A stretch of 64,000 bases of DNA from Octopus vulgaris (Eukaryota): NCBI GenBank assembly GCA_951406725.2, contig OX597819.1, positions 83,576,001 to 83,640,000 on the forward strand, read 5' to 3'. Both the position numbers and the translations under genes were made by a program. A model generated the notes under the pieces. It was not told the origin of the DNA and made no database searches. It saw nothing but the letters and a program-made list of their open reading frames with translations. Below, piece after piece: positions 55,828 through 64,000 of this stretch. The number at the start of each line of letters is the position of its first letter. Positions within the stretch are counted from its first letter, which is position 1.

Positions 55828-58004
55828 CATCAAGTAGAGGACATCACCAACGAGTGAAAAAAATGTAAACACATCATGAGAGACAAACACGGGGCAAAAT
55901 ACCAAAAGAAATCTAACTCCTTCTCAGTTGCCGACTGTTAATTACTCCCTATTTCGAGTTTTCAATGACAAGATAGGATAACCTCATAAAACAGCAGCAT
56001 CCAGAACTTTTAAAAATACGAAATTTGTGTAGCGTTAGAGCTTCGAACGAACAAACAACGACAGAGTGGACGTACAGAGTAAACAATCGACGAAGGCGAA
56101 CATTAGGGGCCGTAAGGCCAAGATACATTGTAATGGAGAACGCCCGGGAGAAATTTTGAAAGGATATAGAATAGATAGGGAAGAAAATAGTAGAAGACAA
56201 AAAAAAAAAAAAAAGTGAGAGAGAGAATACATCGGGAGGCGAAAAAAATACGTCCAGCGGAGTACACGTCGCATCCAGAAAGGAGAGAGGTGAGAAAAAA
56301 TGGCCTGTAGTCACGTGGGAGCAAACAGGCAGAGGAGAAGGGAGACAAGAGAGAGGATGAGGGAAAGTAACAAAGGGAGTGAGGAGAAGAGAGAAGGAAC
56401 GGCAGATTGATTGTAAGGTGTGGAAGAAAGATAGACTGGGGACAGCTAAGAAGGAGAGGGAAAAACGAAAAATAATGTGGTTGTAGAGGAATAGAGAGAA
56501 AGAAAGAAAGAAAGAAAGGGAACAGAGTAGAGTCGCAGGAATTATAAAAAAAAAAAATAAAAACTTATTGTGGACAAGGCTGCATGGCGTTCGATTATAA
56601 ATATAAAATACATCAAGTGAAAAATACGTAAATACACGAGCGATATGTACAGGACAAAATACCAAAAAATATACAATAAGAACAGGACATAGCCATATAC
56701 ACATACATATATATGACAATGCACCCACACCCCACCTCACTCCTCTCTCTCCCTCCCGCACACATGCACGCAGGCACACATACGCACGCACATGAACGCA
56801 CATATACCTCCACACACACACAACACATATACATGTAGACGTACATACACACACACACACAGAGACGAACATACATACATATACAGACAGAGAGACAGAC
56901 ACAAACAGATAAACAGACAGACAGAGTAAGACACACATACGCATCCATACATTTATTCACGCGCATACACACATTCCCACTCCGTCTACGTACACATGCC
57001 AAAACACACACACACACACCCTTCAGACTGCCTCTCAGTTATCCTTCAAACTGCCCCCCGACTCACTACCGACCATCCCATCTACGCACACGTACAAAAA
57101 CACACATACACATACACACTGCCACAACCACCCATACACGCACCTATCACTATAGCTACTGATCTCTCATTACGACCTTAACATACAGAGACCAATCACA
57201 CAACACATGTAAACAGTTAATACCACACAGATACACCATTACACACACACACACACACACATACACACACACACACATACACAGTTACCATCATACGCAC
57301 ACACACAGTTACTTCCACACACTACTACACGTACACACGCTACCACACGTACACACGCTACCACACGTACACACGCTGCCGCGCACACTACCACACGTAC
57401 AGTACCACACTTACACACGTTACCACGCACACATACACACAAATACCAACCATTCTTCACACTCTCCTGCCCCAGAAAGCACTTTCTCTTTGTCCATCTA
57501 CTTCTGGTCATTTCAAAAATATAACTACACGTAGACTGTTGGCGATTTTTTCCTCCTTCCTTTCCTTTTGGGCTTTCTTTGTCTCCTGTTTCCGAAGAGG
57601 AGCTATGCTCGAAACGTAAAACAACCACTCTTTTCTTCTCTGAGCATCGTATTTATACTTTGCATGTGCTACGTCCTCGCGTTGTTGTTTTTTTCTTGTC
57701 TTTTTTCTCCGTTTTTTCATTATATATATATATATATATATAATATATTAATAAATAAAACATATGCATATATATATATATACATATATGTACGTACCAA
57801 CCTCTACATGTATATATACACGCATATATGAGTACAGGACACCAAAAAAACGTCGAACACAATGAGAAACGAAAACATAGACACAAACCCAAGGAACTGG
57901 ACATTTTTCTTAAACAACAAAAAAATAGAGTACAGGACAAATAACACAAGGAAAAAAAACCCTTCTTCAGTCGCCATGGTTCCATCTACTCTACGTTTCG
58001 AAGG

Positions 58005-58075
<71 letters not shown>

Positions 58076-58800
58076 GAAAAATACAAACTGGAACAAGAAC
58101 GTAAAACATTTAGAAGACGATACAAAAAACACGGACGGGACATTCGAAGCCTTCAATCTTCAGTCAAGAACCGGATCATCCTAGCAATTTCGGCTGATTA
58201 ATCTTGAGATCGCTCCGATCTCAAGGAAAAACTAAGCTACGAGCATTAGATTTCTTGGAAGAAGGATCGAATGTATACGAAACAGGGACAGAAAAACGGA
58301 CGATGCCACACGAATATAAAATACAAAAAACAATAATGGTAAAAACAGGACAAAAACAGCGGGTGTCTTACGACTAATAAACAGTATAACAAGTTTAGGT
58401 GGCGTATTTGGAAAAAATGCCTTTATCGGCAGACGACGACAACGATTTTCTCACGGCAGTGGTCGGAGGCCAAAAGGCTGATTTTGACCAGCGGTCACGT
58501 GAGGGAAGAGAGAGAAAAGAAAGGGGGCAAAGGAAACAAAGAGAGAACGTGGCAGTCCTGTAAAGGACGATGTTACTGTTGTTTTAACCCCAGGAAAACA
58601 TCTCCTCCAGCTGGCTAATGACACACAGACTGTTTGGAAGGGAGATCATCGCTCCCAACTCTAGCCTTACGTAATACTCACAGACTTAGGTTTCTGGATG
58701 TTATCCATCCTCAGTGTAAGATAATCACCGGGTAGTGACGAAAGCTATCTCCACGCTGATCTGGTATCGAGAAAAACAAGATGTTTTAAATCTCTGAGCG
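55820..58800. mobile_element. Stack of Penelope-like terminal fragments separated by (TA)n/(CA)n
   Basis: Repeated tacaggac-type ends, hammerhead variant near 57585, homology to segments at 2195 and 26110. Confidence 0.5.
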
Positions 58801-59107
58801 ATATATATATATATATATATATACGCAGTTAAATATATGTCCGGTCATAGAGTCACCAATGGTTTTGCATCCGTAAAGAGCTTAGCTTTATTTAACAGAT
58901 ATTTACCTGCATGTAAATACATTGCTGCTCTATACTTTACTTAGAGTGTGCTTCTTTTTCGGATATATGATCTACTGACAATCGATCTCCTGCGTAGACG
59001 ATAAATGAAGGCTCTGTAAGTTCTTGCTGAATAACTTGCACAGAAAAATTGGGGGGGGGGATTAATGTTTGTGATGTTCATTTATTTCCATAATCAAATT
59101 GACATTG

Positions 59108-59158
<51 letters not shown>

Positions 59159-59182
59159 GGGTGTCCAATAATTTTGCATTTT

Positions 59183-59356
59183 AGGCGCAGGAGTGGCAGT
59201 GTGGTAAGTAGCTTGCTTACCAACCACATGGTTCCGGGTTCATTCCCACTGCGTGGCCCCTTGGGCAAGTGTCTTCTACTACAGCCCCGGGTCGACCAAA
59301 GCCTTGTGAGTGGATTTGGTAGACGGAAACTTAAAGAACCCCGTCGTATATATGTA

Positions 59357-59392
<36 letters not shown>

Positions 59393-59642
59393 TGTATTAT
59401 GTATGTATGTATGTGTGTGTGTGTGTGTATTCATGTGTTTGTGTTTGTCCCCCCCACCGTTGCTCGACAACTGATGTTGGTGTGTTTACATCCCCGTAAC
59501 TTAGCGGTTCGGCAAAAGAGACCGATAGAATAAGTACTAGGCTTACAAAGAATAAGTCCTGGGGTCGATTTGCTCGACTAAAGGCGGTGCCTCAGCATGG
59601 CCACAGTCAAATGACTGAAACAAGTAAAAGAGTAAAGGAGTA
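59183..59642 (+). mobile_element. Young full-length SINE family A
   Basis: tRNA-like head GGCGCAGGAGTGGC..GGTTCCGGGTTCA, internal microsatellite, GTAAAAGA tail. Confidence 0.92.
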
Positions 59643-60112
59643 AGTCAGCAGGAACTCAAATATTAGGTAATCAAATGGCTACACTATTTGTATAATATTA
59701 TAAATTTAGTCTCATAACCATGTCATATTACCGAACGGTTTCATGTTGAAGAATCTTCCAAGTGTAGCAAGTTAAATTAATAATCATCGGATATGGCTAA
59801 ATAGAAGAGTTTAGTTTGGGCTCCTTATTACTGCAAACCTGAAATTACCATATAGGGTAGTTTTACAGAGATGTAAAACGTACTCACAAAATACATTTTA
59901 AAAAACAGGCCTGTGTTTTTTTAGCTATTTTTGACTACAACCACCTTCACCGAGTAAAAAAAAATCAGCTGTTAAAATCGCTCATTAAATAAAGACCAGA
60001 GCAATGGATTGTCATCCTTAGAAGACCTTAAATAATGCGAAATGCTACCGATATAACAACAATAACAAGAATAACACCGAGACGAACATATCGCCACTAA
60101 ATAGATGGGTGG

Positions 60113-60346
60113 TAGCTGCGAGCTGGCAGAAACGTTAGCACGCTGGGCGAAATGCTTAACAGTATTCGTCTGCCGTTACGTTCTGAGTTCAAATTCCGCC
60201 GAGGTCGACTTTGCCTTTCATCCTTTCGGGGTCGATAAATTAAGTGCCAGTTACGCACTGGAGTCGATGTAATCGACTTAATACCTATATCTGTCCTTGT
60301 TTGTCCCCTCTATGTTTAGCCCCTTGTGGATAATAAAGAAATAGGT
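60113..60346 (+). mobile_element. Young SINE family B
   Basis: Family match. Confidence 0.9.
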
Positions 60347-60978
60347 AGCTGCTAATGAACAAACAGAAATTAGTGAAGAATATAAAGAATTGAAAACAGG
60401 AAAAAAAACAAAAAAACTAACAGCTAAATTGAAACAACATTTCATCATTTACATTAATAAACAATTATATGAAGGAACAATTACGACATGAATCAACAGA
60501 AAACTAACTGATTTCATGATATCTGTGATCGATTGCGTTGCTAAGGAACACCTAGCACAGATCGAGAATCCTGGCTTTTGAACATTGAATATCCTATAAT
60601 ACTTAGATACGATTACCATCCGCCAAGAGATGGGAGTGACAAAGATCGCTCGTAATGAGAAAACACAATTAAAATGGGCGACCCCTATCGAGATAAATGT
60701 TCATAGACTCAGGAAAAAAATATAGGATAGCCGCTGCAAAGTAAATAATAAATCCACGATTCACCATCTGCGACTTTATAATAGATTGCATAAGGTCTAC
60801 AGGAACTGTCGACAAGACCTACAAACGGCTAAGCTAATTGCTATTAAACATTAACTACAGGCGGCAAGTAAGGCAATTGCCAACAATCACACTACGTTAA
60901 CCTCACAAGCCGTATATCACAGTATGAAAGACCAATACCACCAGGGTCGTAAAAGCCACTCTCCAGAATGATCTAGAC

Positions 60979-61224
60979 CAGTGGTTCTCAACAGGGGTCC
61001 ATATGGCCGTTGGGGGTCCATACAATATTTTGTTGTTAAAATTTATATGCAATAAACTGGTTATATTTCTACGATACACAAAATATTTAAGCAATTTTAA
61101 ATACAATTCCTAATAACATTTAAGGAGATTTTAGTCGTCAAATGGCTATGGGGGTCCCTCCCACCCACTAAGTAAAATAGGAATCAAAGGGGTTCATAGG
61201 CAAAAAAATGGTTGAGAACCACTG
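60979..61224. mobile_element. hAT MITE
   Basis: CAGTGGTTCTCAAC / GTTGAGAACCACTG; TSD ATCTAGAC / ATCTCGAT. Confidence 0.85.
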
Positions 61225-62143
61225 ATCTCGATGGGGCTTTTTAAAATTTTTCTGAAGAGGTGGCATCTAGAACGTAATCAGACAACACAACTATAATGCA
61301 ATATGGTTAAATGAGCAACGGCATGATAACTGTGCAAGTTTCTCTTCCAATATCGCCCTTGAAACTCACCTGACGGTTGTGAAACTACCAATTGGAAAAT
61401 TACCTGGAGGAGACTTTATCGTCGGTTATTGGTATAGGAAGCTCACACTCTACAGGGAAATCCCCGTTAAACTGTTCAAAAGAACAATGAACGCTGATCT
61501 CGATGAGTCACGCTGGCTGGCAGTTGTACGTACAATATTGTTAGCTAAAAGCGAGGAGATTCATGTGCCCAAAATTCACAGTCGCACATCATGCATGAAT
61601 GTAATGTCTAAGGTGTGTACGGGTTAGTTGAATCACTGCGAAACACCCAATGTGAGCAGGCGGGAAGAAAGGAATGTGGAGCTGTATGTACTGAGCAGCA
61701 CTCCTTTCAACCAAGCTGTCCTTAAGGAAGTGAAATAATTTAGACTATAAGTAAACATTTTGCACCATCCCTCACTTGTGGATTTTAGAGTCACTACACT
61801 TTGTCTAGGTTCCAGCTGCTATTGTTGATGCCGTTAAGGGACTGACAACGCCATGATCCACAGAACTATTGATAAGAACTATATTACTGACAACATTATA
61901 CTATAAATAGAGAATATTCCAGAACGATAACTTATCTGTCACCTTGGAATATTGCGTTTCTTTTTCGCAGTGAACTTCTTATCAGTCTTGCTAAGGAAAT
62001 GGTAAGGCTACGTGATGGGATCTGCAGAGAAGAGTCATATCAGCCTCAGATTTTTTTTATTACCTTAATCTGTATTTGAATAATATTCACATCACGGAGA
62101 TTAAGTCAAAACAGGTCTTGGATTTTGTAGGTATCTGGAATGG

Positions 62144-62205
<62 letters not shown>

Positions 62206-62432
62206 TGCGTGTGTGTGTGTGTGTGTGTGCGTGTGTATGTATGCGTGTTTCTTTGGTACACATGTTTGTGTGCTTTATTACTGTTTATGCCAATGCATGA
62301 GTGAATGTTCTATATATACATGTAACTGGGTATATGTGTTCATCCCCAAAGCCTCAAATAGAGAATCCTTGGAATGTTTTACATATTTTAACTGTACTTA
62401 CTAATCAACTGTATTTAAAAAATGTGAATCAG

Positions 62433-62514
<82 letters not shown>

Positions 62515-62845
62515 GAGAAAACCATTATTTCTAGGTTTTTATGCAGATCTATTGCTGTAAAGCCGAAGCTACTACTATATTCCCTAACAGACTATCAGCT
62601 TAAATATTACCCAGTGAGAGCTTATCTGCAATGCTTTTCTTCATATCAGTGAAGTCCTTGTCAGCTTTAATAGGGAAATGCAAAGGCTAGATTATAAGAG
62701 CTGCTACGGAGTGAAAAAAAATTTCTTTCTTACTTGGTGACCTTTAGCAGCTGTACTTCAGTAATACTCGCGATACCAACAGACACTTAGAACTAGTCGC
62801 AACGTTTTCACGGGACATAGAAATGGAGTTTGGTGAAGATGAGTG

Positions 62846-63213
62846 TCCATAGCTGTGTGGTAAGAACCTTGCTTCCCAACCACATGGTTCCGAGTTCAGT
62901 CCCATTGCGTGGCATCTTGGGCTAGGGTCTTCTATAGCCTCGGGCCGACCAAAGTCTTGTGAGTGGATTTGGCAGACAGAAACTGAAAGAAGCCCGTCGT
63001 ATGCGAGTGTGTATCATCACCGCTTGACAACCGGTCTTGGTGTGTTTACATCTTCGTAACTTTGCGGTTCGGCAAAAGAGACCAATAGAACAAGTACCAG
63101 GGTTTTAGAAAAAATAAGTACTGGGGGTCGATTCACTTGACTAAAAATTCTTCAAGACAGTGCCCCAGCATGGTCGCAGTCTAATGATTGAAACAAGTAA
63201 AAGATAAAAGATA
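62846..63213 (+). mobile_element. SINE family A
   Basis: Family match. Confidence 0.85.
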
Positions 63214-63229
63214 TTTGGTAGTCACGAGA

Positions 63230-63790
63230 GGAAAAACTGTCAACCAAACAAGGAACATAGATACCAATGTCTATTTCCCTTAACACCAGTGATGACTGCT
63301 ACAAATACTGAATCGACGAGAAAATTGCGTATGTTGATGCTGTGAGTAAAGATAGACAAAGAAAAGAATACTTAAGTAGACTTCAAAATGTTAGGAAGTC
63401 AGAGCTATCTGCAGTCAATAAAACAATATCTCACACTGCTTTCACAGTGCCAATATCTGTACCAACATTTAGGATACTAGACTGGGCAACTGAATAAATA
63501 TGCAATTTGTACATCAGGACTACGAAGATACTATCAACAAGTAGCAACTTCCACGTCAACAGCAATACAGAAACTAAAACAATCTCCCACACTGCTTTCA
63601 TAGTGCCAGCATTTATACCAGCATTTCCTTGACTGGGCAATTGAAGAAATACGCCTCTTGGACATAAGGACTGCGAAGGTACTAACAACCACTGGCAACT
63701 TCTACATTAACAGCGATACTGAAAGAAAATATTAAACGGACGGATAAAGGAAGTGACAGAAGATCATTCTTGAGGACTTATAATATCACT
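63230..63790 (+). pseudogene. R4/Dong-like LINE relic with ~158-bp internal tandem duplication
   Basis: KEYLSRL..KSELSAVNK..AFTVP..LDWAIEEIRLLDIRTAKVLT..F(H/Y)xNSD. Confidence 0.6.
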
Positions 63791-63802
63791 TAGACTTTAT
63801 AT

Positions 63803-64000
63803 ACCTATTTCTTTACTACCCACAAGGGGCTAAACATAGAGGGGACAAACAAGGACAGACATAGGTATTAAGTCGATTACATCGACCCCAGTGCGTAACT
63901 GGTACTTAATTTATCGACCCCGAAAGGATGAAAGGCAAAGTCGACCTCGGCGGAATTTGAACTTACAACGTAACGGCAGACGAAATACCGCTAAGCATTT
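63803..64000 (-). mobile_element. Young SINE family B, truncated by the window end
   Basis: Reverse complement of 44473-44706. Confidence 0.9.

Noticed and set aside
55949-57017. 331-aa hydrophobic ORF resembling a membrane protein
   Set aside because: Built from CA/GA low-complexity tracts in repeat relics; no recognisable domain.
63424-63720. Tandem 158-bp units as repeated-domain exons
   Set aside because: Stops occur in the frames tested; the pieces match an R4/Dong-like LINE relic.

Overview
AT-rich, repeat-dense animal genomic DNA. The SINE/LINE repertoire and (TA)n load suggest a cephalopod (Octopus-like) genome; this is an inference. Positions 1-~45 kb hold the 3' end of a + strand class-I unconventional myosin gene (Myo1c/Myo61F-like TH1/PH tail). 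I reconstructed 8 phase-consistent GT-AG coding exons (1545-43038; 227 aa plus stop) and one candidate in-frame 36-nt acidic cassette micro-exon. Introns and downstream DNA contain tRNA-derived SINEs, a young 5'-truncated RTE LINE with a PHD finger inside its RT, CR1/R4/other LINE relics, Tc1/mariner/pogo/hAT/Helitron elements and Penelope-like (PLE) termini carrying minimal hammerhead ribozyme motifs. The most notable items are a ~500-bp palindromic element joining a tRNA (Pol III) head to a PLE-type hammerhead tail with a 12-bp TSD (candidate Penelope-mobilised SINE), a near-intact antisense hammerhead, and a 164-bp ~95% inverted repeat enclosing a coding exon. A possible second gene with a signal peptide starts near 47.5 kb. 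Most supplied ORFs are microsatellite/SINE artefacts. Repeat boundaries are approximate and all alignments were done by eye.
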